From: Vairimorpha necatrix
Taxonomy: Eukaryota
Direction: 5' to 3'
DNA length: 64,000 bases
Assembly (NCBI GenBank): GCA_036630325.1
Contig: CP142736.1
Location: forward strand, 124,001-188,000
The number at the start of each line of letters is the position of its first letter. Positions within the stretch are counted from its first letter, which is position 1. The position numbers were made by a program, and so were the translations under genes. The notes below the pieces were generated by a model. The model was not told the origin of the DNA. It was given only the letters and a program-made list of their open reading frames with translations, and did not search any database. Below are positions 1 through 11,294 of this stretch, in pieces.

Positions 1-1204
1 TACTTTTTAGAATGGGATAAATTTAAAAAATTCTTCTGTTGTTGATGTGTCCAAGAATTAACGACATATATTCGGTTCATATATCCTTTATTTTCCTATA
101 TGACGTAACACGATAAAGCTCTTAAGTTCGTTAAGATTTTTGGTTTAATTTGCATCTTTTTACCATAGAGAACGATTCTGATAGAAAAAAAAATTACAAC
201 CTCATATTTTCAACGCAATAATGACAAACGAAATTTCAATGTGTGATTAATCCCATTATAAATATAGGTTGTTATACTAAAATCATTTGATTAGTATTTT
301 GTATCATTTAAAAAAAAATCGTATTTATATGAATACACATGTTTTATATATAAAATTAAAAAAAATAATGGGAAAAAAATAAAATAGAACATTAAGGATG
401 TCGTTAAAAAATAAAAATATTTTTCTCAATACATAATTTGTAATTTTAATATTCTTCAATTGTTCGTTCTTATGTATGATGTAATTTGATTTATGTATTA
501 GATAAAAGATTAATATGATCAAAGAAATTTTAAATTAATATATCCCCGATAGAGAACTACGATTTTATAGCAAATTTTAGAGTTTCTAGTTCTAACGAAA
601 TAATGAAAACTTTGTCTTTGGAATGGGATAATAACTATCATGTATAGATATGCTATATATTTGTCATGGATAAAAAAAAATAATTTATCTATCGATCGTG
701 GTGATACGTCGATAGTATGCTTCCACACGACTTCAAATTTTATAAAAAAGTAATTAATTTAACTGAGAAACAAAGGGTAATTACCATTAGGCACTTTTAC
801 ATTGATTTTGTTCTTCATTTTAACTTTAAAACAAATAACCAGGACAAAAGATCTAGCTACTTAATGGAATGAATGTACCTCGTGAGTTAATAGGATAGAG
901 ACTTAAAATAATTTTTCAAAGATAGACGCCAATTAAAATACGTATAAAAAATTACTCCACGCCTGTACATAGTACTAGTAAATTTCTTCATGTGGAGAAT
1001 AATTGTACACGTGATTAATATTTTTTATAATCGGACCGATTCCTTCAAATTCTCTTGTTTAAATTCTTGATCGAAAACAGTGTTTTTGATAAAAAAATTT
1101 AATGAAAGGAACATCGTATTAGTAATATGTTTGCAGTCTCCTATTAAATTCTGCATTATAATTTGTGTTATTAACTTCTATAGCTTAATAAAAAATATTG
1201 TAGA

Positions 1205-1509
1205 ATAAATGAATTTAATTAGGGTATGCTTATTGTAGTTTATATTTATAGTTTAACAAGGATAGGTTCCGCGTTGGCGTCTCCTGCTTGTAGAAGGCTT
1301 CTCGTCTCCATAGTTCTTTCCACATCAGCTTCGTCTCCTCTCCTTCGGTAGTCCAGAGAAATGCTTTCTAGCGTCTTCTTTAGCGTGATCATCTGGATGT
1401 ACGCTTCTACCTTCTTAGGGATTTCAAGTCTTGTGGTATAAGATTTGTGAAACTTAGTCACTATACCGTCCCAAGTGATTACGTAGGGAAAAAAATATTG
1501 TAGATACAT
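1205..1509 (-). mobile_element. 3' fragment of R4/Dong-like (RLE-type) non-LTR retrotransposon
   Basis: PYVITWDGIVTKFHK...AYIQMITLKKTLESISLDYRRRG matches the C-terminus of the longer element at 58376-61020 (PYVMTWDEVVTKYH...KKTLESISLERRRG). Confidence 0.75.
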
Positions 1510-2136
1510 TGATTTTGAGCAGTATAAATATAAAGATATCTTAATGTTTATTTATGGACTAAAATGCAGATGCCATTAAATATACTTATAATAAACATTT
1601 TTTACAAGTTTTTAATACGCATAAGTCTAAATACCAATAAAAACAAAAAAGCCAAATAATAAAATGTCTTCTAGTGTTTGATTTAATATAGTTGCAGGGA
1701 TTAGTCACTAAAAAAATAATAGCATATTTCTGTAACTAAAAAACTTTTTAGCAATATCATAAAACAAGACCATACAACTTTTGAGGACAGAAATAAACTT
1801 GTTATGTTTATATTCTTGGGTTCGGCTCTAAATTTAGAAGATAATTTTTTAATCTTAGTTAATAATTTTGTGAAAAAGTTAAGAAATGATGTTGAAACAA
1901 TGTTATTATAAAGGATTGTATAAAACCTCTTTTTTTTAAATTTTATATTCAAGCCTTATCATTTTATAATCAATTGTATATTTTGGCGTAATCAATTCAT
2001 AAAACTATTATATCCTAAGCATGTTTAGGATTTTCTTTGATAGTTAGAATATTTTTTATTAGGTTAACATATATTAGTTTGTCTGTGATTATTATATGTT
2101 TTTTAAAAAAATAAAAAAAAATTTTAAAATAATAAT

Positions 2137-4452
2137 TTATTTATATTTTTGCATCAATATAAATATCAATAAACCATGTAATTTATGTCCTGATACATTT
2201 AAAATTTCTAATATATCACTCGTGCTCAAAATTGCACAAACTTTATCTATTTTGCAAAAATCATCGGTTTGATCCTCGGCATTATTAATTTTATTGCTAA
2301 ATGACGTTAATAATAGTTTTTCTAAATCATTTTTGCAGCTCTTTCTTATATTTACCTCTAAATAATTTCTTATTTCTTGACAGAATCTTTCCTTGGCTTC
2401 TGTTTTATATTTATTTATTAGATCCTCATTTAAATTTTTTAGGTTCTTCATTAAATCGTTTTCTTCGAATGTTTTTTCAATCTTTTCAATTCCCTTATTT
2501 ATTAATTCATTTGCAAACTTAGTATTAATCTCTTCATAATATAAATTGTCAATTTTTTTACTTATTGCGTCTGCCTTAATTCTATTTACCGCTGGATCTA
2601 TTGATGTCTTATTAATTTGCTCAATAATTTTTATGGAAATTTCTTCCAACTGCCTTATTTCATCTGTTTTTAATGATTTTTCATTGATTTTTTTTATATT
2701 TTTTTTTAATTCATATTCTAAATTTTTTCGTTTTTTTCTCATTTCCAACAAAGATTTTCTTGATAATGTTTTTAAAATACTTTCGGTATTACCTTCAACC
2801 TTTGTTTTATTTAATTTGAAGTTAGAAATAACATCATATGTCGTTATAGAAAGGAGTTTGTCAATTGTTTCACATTCATTATTTTCATCTAATGTAAATA
2901 AGGAAGTTATTTTAAACATAGTATCATAGAGATGAGTTTTAAACAATTTCATATCTTGTAAATGATATAACACTGCTTCTTCGAATATCTTTATTAAATC
3001 AATTTGGCATTTTTCGATAAACAAGGTAGATTTGATGGTTCTCACAAAACTGTTGGGATTTTTTCTTATTTCCATAGTATTTCCAATTCTCTGCAAGACT
3101 GCATATAGATGATCGTGTTTATAATCATTTTCGTTAATATAACATTCTGCTTCTATAAATATGCATATTTTGATTGCAAATGTCGACAGGGCATCTTTAG
3201 AATTTTTTAAATCATAAAATAATCTTGTCATAAGAAGCCTTTTCGCCAATTCAGACATTTTTTCATTTCCCACGATTTCTTTGAAACCACTTTCACTTAT
3301 TATATTCTTATCTAGCAATAAATGTGCAAATAATATCTTTAATGGCGTTCCTTGCTTATCTAATATTCTTCGTACCATAAAATCTATTTTATAGTTCCAA
3401 GCCATTAATTTATAAAACATGTCTACTCCTTTACGTCTTTCTGCATTTTCATTTATCATGAAAAACTTTTTAAAATTTTTGTTAAATTCAGAAATCCATT
3501 TATCATCAACAATAGTTTGATTTTCTTGAATGGTACAAAATTTTTTTATAGAATAAACATAGCAAACATTTTTCTGTTTTATTGAGACTTTGTCTTTTTT
3601 TATCTCTGCCATAAGTCCGCTTTCGCTAAAATTAATTTTAGTTAACGAACAAGCTTCAAACTGTGCTTGAGGGCGTACATCAATATATTCAAAATAGACA
3701 TTCTTGTATAATTTATGAAATAGCTTGCTAATTTCTTTATCATAGTGGTTATTATATTTAGCCTCAAATTTAATCGACGAATGAAGTATATTTTTATCAA
3801 TTTTTTCACTATTTATTTCAAAAAAATAATATGTTTCTGATAAATTGATACAAAAATGTATATGACGCAGATCATCTTTTTTATTGTATACAAGTGGAAA
3901 GCTTTTATAAAATGGACTACCATCGAGATCGTATCCCTGGATTTGCCTTTTTTTAAACATTCTATCGCATAGATCCTCATCATTAATAATACATTCATAA
4001 AAAATATCTCTTTCAATTACTTTATTTTTTATATCTTCATTTCTTTTATTTAATTGTTGGATTATATTTTTGAAAAATGGATTAGACTCGACATCAATAG
4101 TTAGATAATTCAATACAATAGAGTCTGTGTTAAATTTTTTATACTCTAAAATTAAAATTTCTTCGAATTCTTCAATTATTGTTGGAATGGGTTTTTTATT
4201 ACAATTCACGATGATATTTTCGGTTTTTTCTCGAATCTCAAAATTTAACATTTCTATTATTATATTACCATGCAATCGTTGGTTATAATTATCATAGCGT
4301 AAAAATACTCTCAAATATGTTTTATTACTGTTGATTTCAAAATAGTCTCTTTTCTCTATTTTATTCATTATTATTGTATTAATGTTGTCATACAAATTTT
4401 GATATCCGTGTACCAAAAAGATAATAAAAACATGATAACAAATCCTCATCAT
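2137..4452 (-). CDS. Unknown ~770-aa protein, expanded family member 1
   Basis: Long ORF; start moved to ATG 4452 (ccatATG context, N-terminus aligns with paralogues at 48080 and 62541); shared motifs KIxxxDYxEIxxxKTYxRV, LYKNVY, GxPLxxLxxHLL, IKICxFIExE. Confidence 0.85.
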   Translation of the reverse strand: MMRICYHVFIIFLVHGYQNLYDNINTIIMNKIEKRDYFEINSNKTYLRVFLRYDNYNQRLHGNIIIEMLNFEIREKTENIIVNCNKKPIPTIIEEFEEILILEYKKFNTDSIVLNYLTIDVESNPFFKNIIQQLNKRNEDIKNKVIERDIFYECIINDEDLCDRMFKKRQIQGYDLDGSPFYKSFPLVYNKKDDLRHIHFCINLSETYYFFEINSEKIDKNILHSSIKFEAKYNNHYDKEISKLFHKLYKNVYFEYIDVRPQAQFEACSLTKINFSESGLMAEIKKDKVSIKQKNVCYVYSIKKFCTIQENQTIVDDKWISEFNKNFKKFFMINENAERRKGVDMFYKLMAWNYKIDFMVRRILDKQGTPLKILFAHLLLDKNIISESGFKEIVGNEKMSELAKRLLMTRLFYDLKNSKDALSTFAIKICIFIEAECYINENDYKHDHLYAVLQRIGNTMEIRKNPNSFVRTIKSTLFIEKCQIDLIKIFEEAVLYHLQDMKLFKTHLYDTMFKITSLFTLDENNECETIDKLLSITTYDVISNFKLNKTKVEGNTESILKTLSRKSLLEMRKKRKNLEYELKKNIKKINEKSLKTDEIRQLEEISIKIIEQINKTSIDPAVNRIKADAISKKIDNLYYEEINTKFANELINKGIEKIEKTFEENDLMKNLKNLNEDLINKYKTEAKERFCQEIRNYLEVNIRKSCKNDLEKLLLTSFSNKINNAEDQTDDFCKIDKVCAILSTSDILEILNVSGHKLHGLLIFILMQKYK

Positions 4453-4779
4453 ATGGTATAAAAAAATAATTTTTAAAATATAATCATTAAAGGTGACGTC
4501 AAAAATTAATTTTTTAACTCTAATTGATATTGATGCAATAACGTCCCAAAACAACACATGTCAAAAATCTCAACGCATTTCTTATTTAAAAAAAGACTGT
4601 CAAAAATCTCAATAAAATTTTTTAATTTTGGAATCCATTTTTATATAAAAAAAATTTACAAGTTATAATTTTAAGCATATCTTTTAAATTGGACAAGTTT
4701 TTTAATTAATTATGTGACTTCCACAAAATGTTAGAAATATTATAAACTTCCACTTTAACTCACTAAATTTATAAATACT

Positions 4780-6328
4780 TGTCACAGTTTAGAGCGAACA
4801 CCTGTTTGCAGCGAAGCTGGTAAAAAATTAAAAAAAATTATTTTCGTGAGGGGCGAACCAAAATAAGAAAAAAATGTTCGTCTTGTATGGCTGACCAAAT
4901 TTTGTCTCGATATTTTGATCGCTATATTTTTGTTTTATTTTTATAATTTTTGGACGGGAAGAATGAAAAAAAAAAAATAATATAAAAAAATTAGTACTTT
5001 ATTCATTACCAAGCATATTACTTCTCTAGTGCTTATTTCTTCTTTAGTAATTCCATTTCATCTTCTCTGCATAATTTTACTTTGTTAAATTGTAAGATGT
5101 TTGTTACAGCATAGACTTCTGCATCTAAATGTTTAATAAGAGGTTGTCTTCTGGTATTGACGTTGTTGTCCAAATAGACGCTTATAAGGATATAATCTTT
5201 TCTTTACATAATTCTTTGTACCATTCTATCTGCCCAGGTTGTGTATGGCTTCTAGATTATCATGATATATTTCATTTAAGCAAAAGTTTGTGTTATTCAG
5301 AGCATACAGTTGTTTCATTTCATCATTAAATTTGCAATTCAGAACATCTGATAATCTTTTTTAAGCACGTTCTTGTTCATGATTTTCTCTATTTATCGAA
5401 TCTAGAATGCCCGCGATTCTAAACTCGTCCATTATGTCCCCAATGGGACTACCAAACATTAAAGAGAATGGTGTTTGTCTCGTAGTAAAGTGTCTTAAAT
5501 TATTATATGACCAAGTAACTTCTTCTCGTACCTCGGTCCATTGACAGAAAATATTTTTCTGTCCCGAAAGTAGATGCAATCATCATTTTATTGTTTGATT
5601 GCATCGTATCTGTCCTTGTATCCATGAACAACTAGCTCTGCCCCTTACGTGTCTTATTTCATATTTCTGACATAAATCGACGAGTACTTGATTTATAAAT
5701 TCTCTGTCGCTATCAGTATGAAGTATTTACAAAAAACAAATGTTCTAAACAATATTGAAAAGGCAATCCCTACACTAATACTTGTTTTATCAAGCAATGG
5801 TACCTTCTAACAAAATTTGGTTAAAGAATCTACAATATTCAACGACTATTTTATACTTCAATGAGTTCGTATTATAGCCGGAGATCCATCAAGTTGCGAT
5901 GTTTCTTTCTTTTGGATATTTTGTTACAATTGGTCTAATAACTGGTCTAGTTACTAGATTTCTCTTTGATTGACATATATCACAGCCATTCAAAACTCTC
6001 TGAACATATTTTTTTTTGTTGCGTCTTTGACTTTTGTTTGCAATATTGTAAACAATCTGCCCGTCCCGCATGCCCATTTGAAACATGGATCAATTTTAAA
6101 GCATTACTCTTTGGTGGTAAAGAATCTTTATGATCTATATAGGCTCATCTTATATTTCATTAAACTGTAAAAGCATTATTACATTCTCAAATAGGATGAT
6201 TTTTTTTTTGCTTTTGCCATAAAGCAATTACTTTCTTTTTTTTTGCCAACCTTGTTTGAAAAAAACCAGTCTGTAAATAGACAAATACTTCTTGTCTTTC
6301 ATTGTTATTTAGTCAATTTTATTTTCAT
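4780..6328 (-). mobile_element. Decayed Ginger/TDD-like (integrase-type DDE) transposase pseudogene
   Basis: gggcATG at 6328; fragments CDICQSKR..TRPVIRPI (integrase Zn finger), LHTDSDREFINQVLVDLCQKYEIRHVRGR..QGQ..NQTIK (core), YNNLRHFTTRQTPFSLMFG; many stops/frameshifts; no RT/gag seen; possible TGT terminus at 4780 with no partner found. Confidence 0.7.
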
Positions 6329-6369
6329 GCCCTTAAAATTAATGAAAATTTATATACAAATTACAAATA

Positions 6370-7154
6370 GGTGCCCTTTTCCCAGTGGTAGAAGGCAATG
6401 CTTCCATTGAGCAATGGCTGGGTTTGATTCCCAGGGCACCAAATTTGTTTTTACTTTCTATGATGCAGTTGGAACAACTCAGATTATGAAAATGTCCCCG
6501 AAAATCATTAAGTTGAATAATGAAACTTGTGTGTGTCCAGCCACAAGGGGATTGGCATCTAGTGTAGAACGCACTTCAGGGCCAAAAAACAGTGTCACCC
6601 TTTTAGTTAACTTATGTTACATAAATGTATTTAATGGGTACGGCCTAGTTGGCCAGTTAGCTGGTGCAATCTAAAGTGGAATCCTAGAGCCAACTAAGAG
6701 ACTAGACGAAGTAGGGCAACAGAAGGTCTCGTGGACCCTATTCTACAAGATCTGTAACACGGTGGTCGAAATAGTGGGAGACTGGTGGTCAACGCAGCCC
6801 AATAAAAACGCCGGGCTGGTGATATGGTCGTGTAAGGAGCCGTGTGTGCAATACAGATGATTGTAGAGAACTTTAAGTCAGATCGATGATGTCTATCCTC
6901 GGGTTATAGATAACCATGGGCGTTGAGTATATCCGCTGTGAGGTCACTCTGGACGCGATTTGAGGTATAAATGGAAAGTGTTCTCCTGGAGCCAAAGTCC
7001 AATTGATACGGCAGAGCTTGCAGCACAGGCAAGTTGTATGAGGGAAGTTTAGTAAGTAAGAATCTCACAGTACCAGTTGGATGAGGATCACACCCAAATG
7101 CCTTTGGTCCCTATTTAAGATTTCTCCCTTCCTCTTACTTGCAAGAAAAAAAAA
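6370..7154 (+). ncRNA. tRNA-headed structured non-coding element, copy 1 (best preserved, GC-rich)
   Basis: Head 6370-6441 (GGTGCC/GGCACC acceptor, AGTGGTA D-loop, CTGGG-TTTGATT-CCCAG T-arm); blocks TGAAACTTGTGTGTGTCCAGCC (6521), CAAAGTCCAATT (6993), AAGATT..ACTTGCAA plus A-run; homologous to 12377 and 43253. Confidence 0.7.
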
Positions 7155-7566
7155 TATAGAATCTGATTTTAAATTTTAAAAATTGTAGAATCGATTGTTA
7201 AAGAAATTAAATCTTGCTAATAAATGTACTTATAACTAATTTTAACTTACTTTGACATTTTCAAAAATTTGTAAAGTTTAGTCAAAATCTATTACTCTAG
7301 ACATTGATTTTAAACTTAAATAACATTTTAATTATTAAAAAGAGTTGTAATTCGATTTGTTTTACTGCAAAAAATACATTTTTTAAAAACGTACTTTATA
7401 GTCAATAGAATCACATGATTTTGATAAATATGCTATCTTTACATTGTATCTTCACATCTCCTCGATGTGATTATAAATTATAAACTCCTATATTTTATCA
7501 TAATACCAATCAACAGTCTTCAAAATAAATTTAAGATCATGATAAAGTAAAATTGAAAACCCCCAT

Positions 7567-7967
7567 ATGCTTTTTACTCTATTTTTTCGCTGTTTGAAAT
7601 GTATTAGATGAAGCCATTATATAGAAATAGATCCGGATACCAATAATCATAAGAACAAGAACTATATTCTTATTATAGTAAAGATTTTGGTACATTGGTA
7701 CTTACATTGGATCATAATTGTAATGCCTATACTCTTGCTACAATACTTGATCCTCCTGAAATAGATAAACACAATTAAGGTGCTAAAAATAGACCTCAGA
7801 GTGGTCAGGAAAAAAAGAGCGGCTATGGACAAAAAAGCGTTTACAATACAACAGACTACATTAGCTCTTTTACGCATTATAACCAAGATTTTGAAGAATT
7901 CGCTAGATCCCATACGATGCAAGAAACAAAATTTAAGTTAGAAAATGAAAACGAAGAAAAAAAATAA
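7567..7967 (+). pseudogene. Possible decayed small secreted-protein gene
   Basis: ccccatATG context, hydrophobic start, protein-like reading in later frames, broken by stops/frameshifts. Confidence 0.3.
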
Positions 7968-10408
7968 AACAATAAATAGTTTTTGATATAAAATTTAAAG
8001 ATAATTAATTACATAAAAAACAAAAAAAATTGTGTTCCCGTCACTATTATTTTTTCTTCGTATTCAGAATTTTTTTTTAATTGGAAAGTATTTTGATTTT
8101 GTATATTAACGTTACTTAGAGTCTGTAGGCGCCCCAAATAAATAAGCCTTAATTTTGTATGTTTGACGTGTTAATATTGGATAGCAAAAAATTAAAGTAT
8201 TTTTTAACTTTAATAAATCGTTGTAATTAAATATAGTGTGATTTTTAAACACCCCTATTTTAATGCATAATCAATTGTTCTAGATAGCATTTTTATTTAA
8301 AATATTAATTATCTTATATATAATGTTAGTAGAGTTCATTACACAAAAAAAATCAAGATATTCTGTTATTTTGATAGCTACATTTAATAATACTTTTAAA
8401 ACTCAAAGAAGGCGAATTATATTAATATAAAAGGCTGCAATTCGTTTGGAGAAACATAACGCATTTAAAATGCTTTGAAATACGGGCGATGGTCTGTCTT
8501 CCATGTATATATTTGCAGAAAACTAAATTTATCAAATGCCATCGATGCTGATTATATAGTTTATAATTAGTTCTAGTTTTGTAAAAAAAAATTATTTTTG
8601 TGTTTTCACCAAAAAAACAAATCTTATTCAATAACAATGTATACATAATGGTAAATAAATATCTTTCTTAATGTTGATTATATCTGTTTTTTGCTATGAA
8701 TTTTGAATTATAATTTTTACTGACGCATCTAAATAACGTATTAGCCCTAATCGTTTGCTTAAAAAGTCGATGGCATATATGTCTGTAAAAAAATATTTTT
8801 TTTAATCTAATCAAAACTTTATCGAAACAACGACAAAAAATAAATCTTTATCATAAGCTAAAATACATATAAAAAGAATACTTACTGATGAAGTTTAGTA
8901 CTATTAATATTTAAAATCTTTATCTTAATGCTTTTTTGGTTTACAAAACATTAGGAAATTTTTTCTAAAATTTTTTATCACTCAAAAAATTCATAAATAT
9001 ATAAAAATATCTTATGAATAATATTTTGCTATCGTTTTGATCTAATTGCAAAAATATCTAAGAAATGTAAGAAATATATATCTAATAAATTGAAAAATTA
9101 ATATTATACTTTTAACACAGACATCTTACAAAAGTATATTTATGGGCATAAAACAAACATGTATAAGCATTTTTGCGCCATTTACATATTAATATGCGAT
9201 AAAAATAACGGAGAGCATTATTTAGTTTTCCAATTTCTTATTGTTTTAGATACACTTATATTACAACATTCAAGTCCCTACATAACCCATTTTATAACAG
9301 TTTTTTATTTGATAATGTTAATAATCAAACAACTAGAAATTACAAATGCTTAATTCTAGTACGCATTTAAAACTTAAAATTGAGCCTGTAAACATCAACA
9401 CATAAATTGTATTTTCTTTATCGATCAACACAATATGCTCTTTCCTTATCTACAGCAGCATAGTCTGATTATTGTAGGAAATGGACTTGTAATAAATGAA
9501 AATTACTTCGTAAACATTATATTTTTTATCTGTAGTTTTCAATATTTAATTTATTTTTACAGAGTGTTAGAATTAATTTATATATTTTTGTGTTGAAATA
9601 TATTTAATTGACGATAAAAATATGTATCAGGTTGTAGATTTTTGCTTTCAAATACAATCTACAGAACTTTTACGTATCATCATACGGAGAATAGTTTTTT
9701 TTCTTAACGTTTCTGTTGTTTTTTCTAAATAAAGTTTAAAATTTTTAACATTGTTTATTACGCATAAGACATTACAACCAGCATACATATCTAACCAACT
9801 ATTTAAGAATTTAGTTATTTTGAAGGTAAAAATAAAGCATAATCAGTGCGCGGTTCTCTTTTTTTACTTATCAAATGTGTATCGCTCTAAAATTATACAT
9901 TTTTAAAACTGTCAACCTAATAGTATTTCAATATTTTCTTCGGAGTTATTTTTATAATGTATACTTATATTTATGATCCAAAGCAAAAACATACATTTCT
10001 ATAAAAACCATTTTCATCGGATGGAAAAATACATCATATTCTAAGAATTTTTTCTATGTAATTTCATAGCAATTGATAAAATTTATGCAAAAACTAAAGT
10101 CAAGTTAAATTACAAATATTTGACACTTTTTTGATTAGAATTTACTCACTATTTATTAAAATAAAAGTAGAAAAAAACTAAACATGCTTATTGCTTAATG
10201 ATAATTAACGAAATATACAAAATTACCATATAATGTCATGATATCTATTCTTTTTTGCTTTTTATTTTTATTTGATTTGTCCTTTATGATCAAAGCTCCT
10301 TATGATTTTTTCCATTCCGCCAATAAACATCTTGAAAAAAATATTTTTTATGAATCATAAATTTTTTTCCTTTTTAAATATATATTATATTTGACAAAAA
10401 AAATAACT

Positions 10409-10822
10409 ATGCTTTTAGGATTAATATTTTATACTGCTAGAAATGCTACAAACGAAAATATGATTTCAGAAACTAATAATGACACGGAAATTTCTTTAGA
10501 ACAAGCACTTAATAATTTTCATGATAGAGACTTTGATAGCTTCTTAAAATATTTTGAATCAAATGATAATGACGACACATTTAATTCGAAGATGGAAGAA
10601 ATGGAGACTGATGGACAAAAGGAAGATACGAATGAAGATAGTGAATTAAATCAGGATGTAAAAAGAGATTCTATTGAATTAAATGGGGAAACTACTACAG
10701 AGTCCAATGGTAATATTACATGTGCTAACGAAGATTTCGAGAATTTTTATAAAAATAGTATGGTACAAGAAACAAATTCAGAAGAAGAAAATTCAGCGGA
10801 AAAAAATAATGAATCTGAATGA
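10409..10822 (+). CDS. Acidic Asn/Glu-rich protein with short hydrophobic N-terminus (possibly frameshifted)
   Basis: First in-frame ATG 10409 (MLLGLIFYTA); low-complexity acidic body; an overlapping frame continues past an A-run at ~10800. Confidence 0.55.
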   Translation: MLLGLIFYTARNATNENMISETNNDTEISLEQALNNFHDRDFDSFLKYFESNDNDDTFNSKMEEMETDGQKEDTNEDSELNQDVKRDSIELNGETTTESNGNITCANEDFENFYKNSMVQETNSEEENSAEKNNESE

Positions 10823-11294
10823 CTATTCTCAAAATATTCAAGATACAATAAATAAAAAGTTTTATTTCAGATTAAATTGTACTTTACAAAAAAACATTAA
10901 TATACAAACATGTATAAAAATACTTTTTTTGACGTAAGCAAAATTACTTTTGACTTGGTTCATAACGAACTTACACACAAGCCCAAAAGGTTTTGTAGAC
11001 ATAATAAGTTATGTGAAAAAGGTGCACTGCAACAAATAAATATTTTAATTAACTTCTTATGCTGTTTTTTATATCTATGCTAAATTTAACTTTTTAGTAG
11101 GAAATATTTTTTAAAAAAGTTTTTTAACTAAAAATTTTTATAATTAGATATTTATACAAACTTTATTGGCATTCAAGACTATAGTTTTCACAACAATCAA
11201 ATTTTTTTATCATTTTAAAAATAAATTCTGCGTTGATGCTAAAACTTAGAATATTTTTTTTTATATTTTTAAATTAAACATACATAAGTTTTAT

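Noticed and set aside
6370-6441. Functional tRNA genes at the three element heads
   Set aside because: Anticodon arms malformed and stems or T-loops defective; treated as tRNA-like heads
6456-6562. RNase MRP/P RNA (GAAAATGTCCCCG..CCACAAGGGG)
   Set aside because: Too short, and these motifs are not conserved in the other copies
6414-6674. ORFs 6414..6674, 12517..12753 and 42775..42966
   Set aside because: Lie within the non-coding element copies and are not conserved between them
6529-6900. Group II intron (GTGYG start, GAGCCGTG domain-V-like hairpin)
   Set aside because: AGC triad and D5 stem not kept in copies 2 and 3; homology extends far beyond both putative splice sites
6370-7154. Telomerase RNA
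   Set aside because: No CCTAA/CCCTAA-type template seen on either strand; multi-copy
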